This document shows positions 23,882-36,430 of a DNA stretch of 64,000 nucleotides, piece by piece. The notes beneath the pieces were generated by a model. That model was not told where the DNA came from. It made no database searches and saw nothing but the letters and a program-made list of their open reading frames with translations. This stretch comes from Phoronis australis (taxonomy: Eukaryota > Animalia > Phoronida). Position 1 is the first letter of the stretch. The number at the start of each line of letters is the position of its first letter. A program made the translations under genes and the position numbers. Location of the stretch: assembly GCA_002633005.1 (NCBI GenBank), contig NMRA01000251.1, forward strand, positions 249,997 to 313,996, read 5' to 3'.

Positions 23882-24397
23882 TTGTATTAATGAAAACAAC
23901 AACGGTTTTAAGTCGACTTGACATGTTTCGGTGTCATTTATTCAAACACCGTCATCAGAAGAGAGAATGCAGTGGCCACCTAGCTAGGCCCAGCAACAAG
24001 TAATGAAGCACAGATACAGTCAGTGACAGGGAGTGACAATGAACTAGGACAACAATGACAACCTGTGGTGAGCCAGTTGCCTATTGAGATTGGGCTTGAA
24101 CCAACTGATGTGTAGAGCCTCACAAATCTTAAGATCCTTTGTTGTTACTGCCTGATCTATTATTGCAAAGTCATTGTTATCAGCAGTGCTCTTTCATCAG
24201 TTGGTGCAAGCCCAGTCGCAATAGGCAACTGGCACACCAAAGGTTGTCATTGTTGGTCTAGCTCATTGTCACTCCCTGTCACTGACTGTATCCGTGCTTC
24301 ATTTCTTGTTGCTGGGCCTAGCTATGTGGCCACTGCATTCTCTCTTCTGATGATGGTGTTTGAATAAGTGACACCGACACATTTCAAATTGACTTAA
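23882..24397 (-). mobile_element. 3' end of a Penelope-like element with an inverted terminal repeat (arms ~23882-24118 and ~24188-24397 plus 26043-26070)
   Basis: The minus strand encodes NDFAIIDQAVTTKDLKICEALHISWFKPNLNRQLAHHRLSLLS*, a GIY-YIG C-terminus. The two ~230-bp arms are reverse complements of each other. Confidence 0.85.
23917..23961 (-). ncRNA. Minimal type I hammerhead ribozyme (PLE-associated)
   Basis: Minus strand reads CUU-CUGAUGA-C-GGUGU-loop-ACACC-GAAA-CAU-GUC/AAG: full catalytic core, 5-bp stem II, palindromic ACAUGU mini stem III and a GUC cleavage triplet. Confidence 0.8.
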
Positions 24398-26042
24398 AGG
24401 AGAATGCCACCCAATTTAATTAGTCGTTTTTGCCGTTTTAATCGGTCTATATCCGCATCGCCTCGCATACGGTCGACCTTACCTTGCCAAGAGGTGTCGT
24501 GTTAACCTGTGAGGAAGGTGAGAAACGACGCTAGCGACGTCAGTGGTTCATATGCAGAGTGAGTGCCGCTACTTTGCGGTGCATCGTTACCGCTTGTCCG
24601 AATTATGCAGCTGCGAGGAAATCGGGTATATCGTTTTTTTTCACTTCCTCGAGAGTCCGAAATGCTTAGGAAGTAGCTCATGGTAGCGAAGAATGAAATG
24701 TACGCTGTGAATAGCAAGTATGAGGCCGTGAAACATCTCCGTGTCTGTGGCCTGCAGACGTCGACAGTGCCTCACGAATGCCGGCTTACCATATAACTCC
24801 ATACGTTCCGTTGTCTGAGCTTGTTGACGGTGCCTCTCTAGTATTTCTTCATCACTGTATTCCTGTTCGGATTCATAGCCTGTAAAACTTTATGATCCAC
24901 CTGCGAAGTCGGGACTGATGAGCTCTAGCTCGTCCTAAGTCGGGATTGCGAGTTTCAAAATGAATTATTCTCACCCTAACCAATACTTATATAAAACTGA
25001 AACAAAATCTGTCTCATTAGATGCAATTTGTAATGCCTTTGAAGTGTTCGTGAGTGCAAACGATTTGAGAAGCCACCAATGAATAAATCACTGCGTTACC
25101 GGCTTTAGGTGCAATGAAACTAATTGACGGGACACCGAGGCCGTGTGAGCTCATGCTAATTTAGTGTTTGCTGGCAGAAACTGTTGTGAAACAACTCGAA
25201 ATCCATCCCACGGCATGGTGTTAGGGGAATCTTTATTTACATTTACACCACTCAAAAAATGATTGCCAATGTACAACTTCTGCCCTGACGGTGCTGTGGC
25301 CAAAGCGGAACCTGAATTCCCTGCCCCCGACGAGTAAGGAGATTAGCAGTATCGTGGCTAATTCACCAACATAATCACGCGCACATTACTTTGGCTCATT
25401 AGTATTGTATTTTCTTGACTGGAAGTTTAGTTTTCCTGAACTTTGGCTGGTTTATATTCGTGATGTCTGATCAGTTTCAGAGCCACTGGCCGGGATAACG
25501 AGTCAATCCGGCCGGCCGCGACGGGCCTGATCGGGCTCCGAGCCACTGGCCAGGATAACAAGGGTTTTGTGTTTAGAACTAAAAAATCACAAGTCTAAAC
25601 AACAAAGATCTAGATTCACCTGTCTGTATCTCACGGAAAATACTTCGAATTTATCTCCGAACAGACCCCAAACAGCTGCTACGGACCTTATTGGCCTGCC
25701 GAACTTTGTAGGCTGCGGTGTGTCCAAATACCAATAAATCCGTAAGAGTGAAACAAAACAACGTGTTTTTATAAGACCTCGGTGTATTTTTAAGGGTTTT
25801 ACATCGAAGTTTGATGATTCATTGTTGTTAAACGATGACTTCAAGCGATAAGCTGACACCAGTAACCTGTGTTGTGAACTGCAGAACAGACTGCGTTTGA
25901 AACCGATGACGTCATTGGACAATTCCAACACCTCCGTCTGCCGTCAGGTGTCAGGTAACGCAACCGTACGTGTCGTTATTGGAGTAGAACTACTCGATCT
26001 AAATTGATACAAATTAAGTTGTTTTTTGGGTGGCATGCTCAT
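24398..26042. mobile_element. Non-autonomous TTAA-targeting DNA transposon (Kolobok-like)
   Basis: TTAA duplicated at 24394-24397 and 26043-26046; TIRs aggagaatgccacccaa / ttgggtggcatgctcat. Removing it restores gacttaaaaccgttgttgttttc, the mirror of 23882-23916. Confidence 0.85.
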
Positions 26043-27129
26043 TTAAAACCGTTGTTGTTTTCTTTAACAATTCTGTCTCAGTTTTCAGTTGCTAAATAAT
26101 ACTGTATATCGTCTGCAGCTCAGGCACCGATTCCTGGGTAACTGCAATATCAAATATTGTTGTTATTTAACTATTTTCTGGAGATGTTACATGTTCAATG
26201 CGCAGTTACCGTTGTTTTCTTCTTTGTTATCTCTTTTCAAGTAATAAATCGTTACATTTAAAACTGTTTATTTTACTGGAGAAAACTTGCAACATAACGC
26301 ACAAGTACGTGTACATGTGTATAGGATGTGATCCACCACGGGAACAGTCTGAGTGAAGTTTTTAAAAAATCTACGATGCCAAAAAAATGACAAAAACTCA
26401 GAAATTTGAAGCGTATGGAAAAAACAAATCATACCTCGATTGGCGCACCTAAGGTAATATCCCATGATACATTATTCCGCGTATCGACTGAGACCATCAT
26501 GTACGCCACTCTCGGTATACGTTTAGTCTATATATGCTGCCTTATATTAGTGTTTAACGTCATTGTTTTTGTTTCATGTATCATACTCGATAGCGATTAC
26601 AATTTTACGTTTATTTGCCTTGGATGACCGAAATCTAGTCGAAGTACAGCAACTGTTTTACTGTGAAATAGTTTGCACGGTGTTTCCATTTACATATATA
26701 TATATACTCGCGCGTCTGTGTTTGTGATGCCACTCACACTCTGTGATCTACTATTTCAACTGTCACATGACGAAAGATGTTTATTTATACAATACGGAAG
26801 TGTGTTGAACAAACAATCTAAGGCCACGAACAGCTTACATGTATTTTTCAATGACATGACAGCGTATTCCCGTTCAGTGACTTTACCAGACGTAGGGTGT
26901 GCTGAGCGTGTGATATCATCTAGCTTCTTTGTTAACTGTCAAGCAAACTCTGTTGTCTGTTACGACAACAAGCAGGCCAATTATCCACCAGGCTTATCAC
27001 AGGCCGCGTGTGAACACAGTAAAACTCAAAGTGAATTGGTGTATTCAGAAAGAATACGTGTAGATTGTCGTAACTTCGGTTGCAGTTGGGCGATTTTGGC
27101 GATTCAAAAACTAAACATGATCTCCATTT

Positions 27130-27402
27130 GACGAAGATTTCAGAAATACTATTGATTTAAGTTCAAATATGTTAGAACTTAAGTTTTATTCTTAACAGCA
27201 CAACCCAGTCAGGGCCAAGATACGATCTTATTGGAGATTAGAGCAATTATCGAACAAAAGAAAGCTGGCTCTCCAACTGTAAATGCCAGAATGGAGTTAA
27301 TCAGTCGTGTAAGATATTGGCTACAGGGGAAACTTCCCAACTTGTTTTTGGTCCATACTGTAGAATCGAACAAGTTGGGAGCAACAGGAAAACGCCTTAA
27401 TG
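27130..27402 (+). repeat. Dispersed repeat, copy 2 (see 1-257)
   Basis: Aligns to the window start; contains the hairpin ttcccaacttgtt...aacaagttgggag (27334-27381). Confidence 0.65.
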
Positions 27403-27427
27403 AAACATGTATAAAAGGTCTGCTACC

Positions 27428-27430
<3 letters not shown>

Positions 27431-27488
<58 letters not shown>

Positions 27489-27515
27489 GCAAACACACAC
27501 GCACACACACACACA
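27431..27515. repeat. (CA)n microsatellite
   Basis: Seen directly. Confidence 0.95.
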
Positions 27516-27631
27516 AACTAAACTTTAATCGAGATTTACATGCACGTGCTAGGGACATGCGCACTCCTGAATATATAATAATTTATTTCCAACGAAATAT
27601 TGTGTGACTTACACTGAATGTCCACGAAACG

Positions 27632-28759
27632 CTACGGTTTCACATAACGACCCATGAACAGAATTGAATCTGACCTTTTGTCTTTGATGTAAAACAAGAA
27701 GGGGCGGTTTGCTTTGAAGACTCTTGGAAAGCTTCGGCTGTTCACGACGACACCTGTGGCGGCCGCGGCTTCGCTCCCCTCCTCGTTTACTTCAATAGCG
27801 GACTGGTGGAACATTTTACTGACGTAAAGCATTTTTGTGCCATCCATACCCGACAGGTCACAGGTTCCAGGGACGAAGAGGCTCTTCAAGCCCATTTTAG
27901 ATGCGTGGTCGTTCATCAGATACTTCTGATCGATTTTGAACTTGGGGAGACTGACAACAACATCGAGTTCAGGCATCGATCCCAGAGACCTATGCACGTT
28001 ACCCATCTCGTCAAATGTGAGATGTTTCTCGACTTCGGCCAGTCCCTCAACGTTGTTGGGAAGAACAACGATCATGCTCAGATCTTTGCCTTGGTAAGGA
28101 AGCTCCAAAGCTTGGTAGCCCTTGCGTCTGTTTGCAACGATTTTGAATTTCCCCTTCTGTGTCATCATGTCGACGGAAACAGACTGCTTCGCGATACCCA
28201 GGAAGAACTTCTGAGAGACGGTGCGTTTTGATTCAAATTTATTCACCCAGTTTCCTTTAAAATACATGGCGTTCACCAGAACCATTTGAGTGTTTGTCTC
28301 CAGCGCGTTCTTCGGGATCAGGTTTTTGATCTTTTCCATCGTCTGTTTTTCTGTCCAGTCGTTGATTTGCGCTCGAACGTTTTCGGCATTCTTCATGAAG
28401 TCGCTCGCTATGACGTCTGAATGGTAATTATCTCGTAACGTTTGTATATAATGTGGAAGAAAACTGTAGTCACTGTTTGCGTAGATCCTGTTGGCTGCTT
28501 TAAGAGTATAATTCTTGTTCGGTGTATTCAGTATAGAACTAAGTTCCCGAAAAGACGATGACAAATCTTTAACCATGTCGAAGTTTGCAACTGCTTCCAT
28601 TTCGTTGCGTGTATTTCCACGTGCTCCTTCGTACAGCATTCCGAGAACGATTGACAAACTGAGCGGCGAAAAGAACACATTGCCATCTTGTAAAGCCAGC
28701 TGGTTGTAGGTATCCAAAGCAAACCGAGTGTTAGCCTCGGTCAATTGCATAGTGTGGTC
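27632..28759 (-). CDS. Serpin (leukocyte elastase inhibitor/antithrombin-like), exon 2 containing the whole serpin domain
   Basis: NVFFSPLS, INDWTEKQT..KI, LVNAMYFKGNW, LELPY, hinge EEGSEAAAAT, signature FKANRPFLFYI...ILFMGR; acceptor ctctcttgcag|GAC. Confidence 0.96.
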   Translation of the reverse strand, partial: DHTMQLTEANTRFALDTYNQLALQDGNVFFSPLSLSIVLGMLYEGARGNTRNEMEAVANFDMVKDLSSSFRELSSILNTPNKNYTLKAANRIYANSDYSFLPHYIQTLRDNYHSDVIASDFMKNAENVRAQINDWTEKQTMEKIKNLIPKNALETNTQMVLVNAMYFKGNWVNKFESKRTVSQKFFLGIAKQSVSVDMMTQKGKFKIVANRRKGYQALELPYQGKDLSMIVVLPNNVEGLAEVEKHLTFDEMGNVHRSLGSMPELDVVVSLPKFKIDQKYLMNDHASKMGLKSLFVPGTCDLSGMDGTKMLYVSKMFHQSAIEVNEEGSEAAAATGVVVNSRSFPRVFKANRPFLFYIKDKRSDSILFMGRYVKP

Positions 28760-30870
28760 CTGCAAGAGAGGCATGCTAGGACAAATTGATCAGGAATTTG
28801 GCATTTGCTTTCAACGGCAAAGGTGAACAGCGCTCGTTTTCCTGTATTTCGTTAGTTTATCGCTGAACAAAAGCGTGAATCTTGCTTACTACATGTATTT
28901 GTACAAACTTTGTTAGTCGTTTACAACTCATGCTGAGACCATATATCAATTAACTGTGGCACTGTACATGTATCTAAAGAGATGATATTTAGTTAGCGTT
29001 TGCAAACGATTTTTGTAAAGTGCTTTTTTTTCTTTCTGGGTCTAGACCATATGGATTCAGATTACGCCAAAATTGTGGTAAAATGAAAATATATACCAAC
29101 CGAGTGTTCAATGAAACGTTCAGCTATGTTGGAATATACTTACTGTCATTTACATTACTTGTTTTAAGGACCTTATTTTATTTGTCCCCGTCTTTGTCAC
29201 GTTGAATTTGAGACCACGGAGAAAAAGAGAGAGAAAGAAGCGGTTTGATATTTAAATTTAATACACAATTGCTACATTTACATTGTATGCGCAATTTATT
29301 TAAATATTTTGTTTGCTTCTTTAAAGAATGTGATGCTTTTACGACAATGGTTTGCCTGTCTCTTTGTCATGAACATAAGTTATAGCAACACAATGCAGTG
29401 TGACCGGCTATATTCTGACATTCAAAAGAATACCAATTCCGGCATTGGACTATTAGAGGATAAATAAAACAACTTTCCCGTCCAGTCATACGAAATAAAA
29501 TAATGCTCCATAACCTTTGACACCCCTCAAAAGTTTGGAACGAAGTTTGAAAACTCCTTACAACGTCTGCTAAACGAGGAGTGTGGCCTAATCTTAGTTT
29601 AGGAGAGTTAAACCACGTTTGTTGGACAATACCATCCACCGAACCGTAATATCCATTCTACATACATGTACATGTATATAGGTAACCCAGAGCCGGGAAT
29701 GAGTTTTTAGATGTGAACTGCCTACATGTATATCACTCCTGATGGTGAGGCGCCAACGATGCCTTAGCATCTGGTGATATAGTGAGAATTTGTTGAAACG
29801 GCCAAAACCAAGTTTAGTAACTCTTTTAAAGCAAACTTGTACCTGAAATTACCCAAGACAAAACTAAACATAATTGGATTTTATGTTTTTTTTGAAATCG
29901 ATCCTACTGTACGGTGCGATATTTTAGTTTCCCAAATTGCCTAAATAAAAACTGGTCAAGATCTTTCAATTTCCCCCATCGTCACCTGATATAGGTCGAT
30001 ATAATTCTGTTTTGTACCCAGTACAACCTACCAATAGGTCCGAGGCGCATAATACACAAGTTTCAAAATGAGTCGCGAGCAATTCTGACCTTAAAATGTC
30101 TTATACGAACTTTGCGAGGCATAAATACGATTTGGTGACTCAGAGGGTATCCTCGGCTCACGTTCTTTGTGTTTTTCGCCGACATTAGTACAAACCATGA
30201 CAAAATTCCAATATTTGTCCAATCAATTGTGCGTAATCCATTATTCTTCTCACATATCATTCTTACGGTCAAGCGTGCGTTTTGTGCAGGCTACAATATT
30301 ACGAAAAAGCAAGAACACGCAAAACCGGCCGTGTGATGGTCATGTATTACAAACAAATCTCGTGATCACGCTAGCCTTCTTAGCGAGACTCTCGCGTCTA
30401 CGGAACTCTCCGCGGCTTAAGTTCGTTTATGAGGTGAAAAATTTGTTGTTCACAAAAGAATAGTTACGTGATGTGACTGAGGAAACGGGGCCCGTTATTT
30501 TTGGGCCCTCACTTTACGAGATCGGTTTATATGTTTTACACACAGTTATCTCGTTAAACGTGAAATTAAGAAATATTCGAATCATGTCTATCGTGAAGAA
30601 CATGCAGTATTTCTAATCGCGAAGGGATCTTTTCATTAAAATTTAAAGACATGCAATTAAACTGAAGCTATCTTATATCAAGGGTTAGCAAGCCATCTTG
30701 TAATATTGAAGCGTTATTTCTCGTAAAAGTCTAGGAACTTAAGAGATGAAGTCAGTCAGTTAATAGGGGTAAGCAGTCTGGATTTATTATCTTTGGAATT
30801 AAACACAGAACAGTCTCTTTATTTAGACTTCCACTGAACCACTAATGTCATTCTCACGGGATACACGTAC

Positions 30871-30921
30871 CTGGCCTGTCACCAGTTCCGCCAATAACAA
30901 CAGCACGATGATCGCCTTCAT
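30871..30921 (-). CDS. Serpin exon 1 (signal peptide)
   Basis: MKAIIVLLLLAELVTGQ then donor gtacgt; phase 0 matches the exon 2 acceptor, giving a 392-aa secreted protein. Confidence 0.82.
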
Positions 30922-33900
30922 CCTACCAGACCAAAGAGCAGCACGGTAAGTATTGTCACTCTTGAAGGCAATTACAGTATAACACGTTTGATCAGGGACG
31001 ATACACAGGTGCACCACATCCCAAGGCCTATGACATCACAGAGTGTGTTGTCTCAAACCGGCTTATCTGGCCATCTGTTACACAGATACAGGTACATGTA
31101 CAGCGTGAGGTGATTGACAGACCGCACAGGATCATAGCCCACCCTATATTTTGTAAAAAGAACTTTCTGTGTTGATTATAAAACTACTGACGCGTCTTCC
31201 TAGTGCTAAAACAGTACAATTCGTAAATTACAGATTGATATTATTTACATCGACAATAAGCTATTCTGCATATCCCTAAGTGATGAAAATGTAGGTCATT
31301 TCATTTTGGATGTACCACTTGAAATGCAAAGTTTACGATTATAGTTCAAATAATTCGATTTTAATATAGATAATGCCACTGGCGAATCATCCTTCGGAAC
31401 TCGTTTTATCTAATATCAGTTTTGTACCAAGTTTCCAAGTAAATAAGGAAACCAAGAAGCATACACTGTAGGTGCATGGGCAGCGTGTCATAGAGGGCTG
31501 AGTGCTATAGCCCCCTATTCTTCAGCATAGTGCCGCGCATAAACTACATGTATAGGCGGGGCACCACAGGGTGCTGGGGTTATAGCTCACAACTTTTTCT
31601 CAATGCTGCGCCGCCCACGAGGTGTAGCTAGACTTTGCCCAAATGTATCCATAAGAACTCCTCTGTCTTACCGGTTGCGACCAATTTTACCTCCTCCTCA
31701 AGTCGTAACTAGTATTACTTCATCACAATTCATCGCCGCCACTGAGAAAAATTCGCCGACCAACTTCAATTCGTGGGTGGTACTCTTAAATGCCGCCCTC
31801 CCTAGATGAACGCGGGCTTGCAAATCGAAACTTATAACACTCTCGGTATAGCTAGGGATCTACTGAATAGGTTAATGTAACCTTATTCATTTCCATCTGT
31901 GTAGTACTTGCACGTAGACATCACCACAATTTTCGTTCAAGTTTCAAAAGAAAGCTTCGTTTGTTTGAGTGAATATTGTAACATTACTGTTTACACGTAA
32001 ATGCTTTGTAAGATACTGTTTACATGTTGTATATTGTTTACATGTTGTATACTTTTTACATGTTTGATATTATCTACATCTACAGGTCATACAGCATGGC
32101 CACAAGGTAGAGAATACCTTAATCGGAAAATTTTAATTGTAACATTTCCAAAAATATCGAAATTCAATACCCGCTGAACATTATTTTATAACTAACCATC
32201 GGAAATAGTATTTTGTGTAATCCACAAATAGTGGTCTTCACATTCTTCAAAATAACACCTGTGTGATGGCGGTAAATCCTATGGTATTTTTCACAATTTT
32301 GGTTGTTTGGTCAAATGTTTTGATAGACTGCTCTGCTGTACACGCATGTTTTTTTTTTTGATGAATTTTGAATCGTAACTCCCCCTGAATACTTGGCAGT
32401 GTCGGATTTCCATGCATAGTATATAGAGGGTCACAAGGACAATTCCCCGAACCGCCTCACCGAAAGAGGATCCCGTCTGAAATGGGAAACCTCAGATGCA
32501 AAGCTAAATATCATTAAAATTGAAAAAGAGTGACAGTTCAATCCATCGTTGGTTGACCTTGCAAGTAGAGACCTTCCTCAGCATGAAACCCGGTTGTGCT
32601 ATTTCACACAAAAAACACGAAAACAGAGGTAATCAATTCAAACATTGGTCCCTGTCATCGTGAGCGACCCCTTAAGAATGTGTCAATACAGTCATGAAGA
32701 GGGTGGCCACTTGAATTTCATCAATGGCCTTCTGCAAGAGCTGGGCCCCAAGTCAGGAAATACGCAGCAACTGATGTTATCTCTCAAGCCATCAAGTTTC
32801 TCAAGTGATATACAATTTAGAGAAAAACACGATAAAACGGAGCCCAGTTGTCTCCGTTATCCCTTGCTAGAGATGGGCCGCTGGAAAAAAATATAATTTT
32901 GCATTTGTACAGTCGCAAAACTGTCTCTAATTTAAAAATCCAGTGAATTAATATTCTCCGGAAAAGCTTCCTTTTACGATTTTTTTTTCGATTTTTCGAA
33001 ATACATGTACATGTACGTGTATGAATGATAAAGTGTGCGTTTTCAAGAGGGTGCGTTTAGAGGACTTAGGTGTACCGGGGTGCCGGCGGCAAAAAGGAGA
33101 CCCTAACAAAAATGTGCTGGCCAGGGAGCTCAAAGGTTAAACCATGCACTGATACTGAGTTGTGAAATGTTCTCTTGAATTCTGTCTCATCCAGATTCGT
33201 AGTCTTTTTTTCTCAACTGTCCCCAGTCCCACGCGTATGCCTCTCGTTGCCATGGCGGGATTAACTCAGACGCCTGCAGTTTTTTTTTGGGGGGCACGTG
33301 CCTCCCTTCCTACGACCCTGAGTTTCAAATTTAAATTCACAGCATGAAAATTGAGGTGAGGGTCATACACCTGGGTCCCGTGCCAAGAGACTGAGTCATT
33401 CGGAGTTCATGTTTTACTGGTGGTCTAGGCTAAGATTTGTCTCGAGTCAATACTTCCAAACTTTGAAACTTCCACATCCCGGCGGCAAGTTAATTATTAT
33501 TAATTCAAAACTTCAGCCACAACCGTAAGTCAAACAAAAAATCTGTTTCTTGAACCGGCGGACTTGAGACAAATTTAAGTTTTATCGTTGAAATTGGCTG
33601 AAATCAGTAGCATTCGGTCAGCCATTGCAGTTTCCTTGCGGCCAAACTCTGAGGAACCTGGGTAACGGGTGACTAATCTGCTGTGATAGAGATAATTCCA
33701 TGACTGCAATCTCAGTGAAAGGTCTGGCTACTATCCACAAAATGCCTGTCCTCAGTGGGGTGCACTTCCGTAGACGCCTGAAGCTTTTTAGGGGGCCCTA
33801 GGCCTATAAAGTATATGCCGAGCGCGAAAACGCCGATCTCGCAAATTAAGTTGAACATCGCGAAATATCATCGTATATTACAATAGAAGCAATGACTGAC

Positions 33901-34347
33901 TCGGGATGACTTGCTAGAGTACTAAAATTACAATTTGCACACAAAAGACGTAATGTCTCAGTGGCAATAAGGAAGTTCATTGTACGGTACTCTGTAGTCT
34001 CAGTGCTGCGATAAATGGTACTGAAAAATCATCCAGTCGCTGACAAAGGATGGCGCTAGTGACGTGCAAGCCACTGAGTTTCAAATATTTCGATAAAACA
34101 TTCATGTTTCCAGGGGCTTTTTACTTAGGTCCGACACTACTGTTAAACAAATACAGACACAAATGTACACCACCCTGTGTTTGTTTAAATATTTTGTTCT
34201 TCACAGAAGGAGGACAGGAAGCTTGTGCCCGGGCAATACTAGTGAGAAGAAACCGAAAATATACGTTAAAGTCAAACCCGGAAAGCCGAAAGTATAGGGC
34301 AGCCTAATATATCATATGCCAGTGTTCCCAAGCTTCTGTGCTTGCCA

Positions 34348-34410
34348 ATGGAGTTGAGCAGCTTGGTGAAGATTAGCGTGTCAACGCTGGATGCAAACCA
34401 ATGCCATGTG
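34348..34410 (+). CDS. SNX17/27/31-type FERM-like protein, probable first coding exon
   Basis: MELSSLVKISVSTLDANQCHV|gtaaga, phase 0; joins VTVKV to mimic the SNX27 F1/RA start (V.L.V.L.DG..VTV.V). In-frame stop upstream at 34267. Confidence 0.6.
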
Positions 34411-34801
34411 GTAAGAGCTGTCGTTAAAACAACGACAATAAAACTTTCGCGAGTATCGGTACAGTCAAGTGACCTATTCACCTAATTCAATTGTCGGACG
34501 TTTTGGCACATTTCGCATTAAATTTAATTGAAAATACTACGGCTTGCTGTAAATTCTTTGCTGAAATAAAGGCTTACCTTTATAGAATTGTTGTGTTACT
34601 ATATCTTGTCACCGAAAGCCACATTTATGTTCCGACTGATCTTTAAAAAAACACAACTATGAACTAGCAAACCTTCGGAGAACCTAAATATCGGACACCA
34701 TGTTTCCCTATATATACGCCACACTGCGGAAAACTAACCAACCAAGTAATGGCTGCAGGCACCTTGTAGCCAAATTTCAGCTCGAGTATGCTGCTAAAAC
34801 A

Positions 34802-34870
34802 TAGGCAATGACCATCGCCTCTGTTAGCCCGAACCAGGTTCGGTCCAACAGAGGCGATGGTCATTGCCTA
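34802..34870. repeat. Near-perfect 69-bp palindrome
   Basis: taggcaatgaccatcgcctctgtt is the exact reverse complement of aacagaggcgatggtcattgccta; inner ccgaacc-a-ggttcgg. Confidence 0.92.
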
Positions 34871-35669
34871 GCTAAAACACAGCTCCATTCGCAATAAAAT
34901 TATCCATAACATGAAGTCTGATGACAGCACCAAGTCGTTTCGATGAATCGGTGCAGACGACTAAAGCACGTGCAAACTCATTGAAGTTTTTAGTCATATC
35001 TTTGCCTTACTTTCTTGATATGACACACGCACGGGCGCGGCCGGGGTTTGACTTGAGTTTAAAAACAAATGAAAAAATGAAACAGTGACATATTGTTAGT
35101 TCAATTTGATGATTTCAATGTGGAAAAGATTTTGTTTTCAACTTTTATAACCGATTTATGTGATCATCCGTTTTAGGCTTATAATTGCACCCTCTCTCAG
35201 TAAAATCAAAACAAGGCAACGCCAGAAAAAAACGAGACAGTGCCGGACATTGAATGCATTACAGCGGAACAAGAATTTGTGTCATATATTTCTCAGATTA
35301 TACTTCAAGATTTTATGTATAAATGTCCGATATTTAGGGTCTGTTCGATAATTAGGTACACTATGTGTAAGCGAAGATTGTTTGTGGAGACCACTGTCCC
35401 CAAAGAATTAGAAACATTTACACGGAACAAATTGTAATGGTCAGCAACAAGGCAACATGACAAATTGAGTCGAACCTTACATTTTACAACAAGGTACCAT
35501 TTATCCAAATATGCAAATTGTACACTCGGACCAGTCCGACAATACCATCGTCTTAGCTGCGACCGCAGTATCCTAGTAGAGCGGTGGCCATCCCCTACCC
35601 CATACAGGAGCGGATCCAGGGGGGGGATGGGCCAGAGCAGAGTATTAGTCAGCTTTGGCCGGTCAGACA

Positions 35670-36430
35670 TTCGCACACTGATTTAACAATCAGTCGAGTT
35701 GCTGTAAGTGCAGTTAGGGAGGCGTTGATGTCTTTAATTCTTTCCAACCCAACTAATGCTGTACAGTAATCATTTTTTGAGCAACGATTGGCCATTTTTT
35801 CACTGCAGAGGATATGACGTCATGCCAAGTTGGAAGGAATCAAAGACATCAATAGCCTCTCATGGTGTTGTTCTAAGAGCACAAAGTACTATACACGTAC
35901 GCAACGTGACTAATTGGTGGTTTAATCAGTGGGAGGCATTATTTTGCAGAAAAGCTTTCGACATGTTAAGGGCTGCGGGGGTACCGAGTGCAGGAGTTCC
36001 ACCGTCCCTACTTCTAGTCGAGACGGTGGCTCTGTCTAGTTCCAGAATAGACATTACAACAATCTAAACTAGCCAAAGTAGAGACGGTGGCCTTCCCGTA
36101 GTACGTACTCCATATGCCGGAATCTGTTTTGTGAATTGTGCCATACACCTTGATTAAACCATCATAAGTAACGTTGCTATAAGTATCTTTTGTGCACAGA
36201 GGAGCACCTAAGGAGGACATCGATGTCTTTGATTTTTCCCAGTTTGAACAAATTACAATCAAACTTTTTGTTCAGAACTTGTCCAAAACAGCGACTGGTC
36301 ATTTTTGCACTGCTCGTATCAGAGGTATGATGTCATTTCATCAACTGCCTCCTAAGTATCCCTCAATGTGCAAAGAATACTTTTGGTAATATGACTTTGA
36401 TGGTTTAATCAGTGTGAGGTGGAATCCTTC
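35670..36430. repeat. Two diverged copies (~35670-35950 and ~36145-36430) of an old MITE-like inverted-repeat element
   Basis: Shared ggag...gatgtcttt.att.ttcc, tgg.cattttt.cactgc and tatga.gtcat blocks; tgattaaacca / tggtttaatcagtg ends. Confidence 0.55.

Noticed and set aside
24911-24935. CUGAUGAG with a hairpin, possible hammerhead
   Set aside because: No GAAA after stem II. The same applies to CUGAUGA at ~34919.
27806-28231. Antisense ORFs over the serpin (likewise over the fucosyltransferase and toxin exons)
   Set aside because: Shadow frames of real coding sequence.
36200-36324. Apparent exon (cacag...gag|gtatga) that could be read as PX-like or F1-like
   Set aside because: The sequence is a diverged copy of the repeat at ~35710-35825; two frames are open and neither is convincing.
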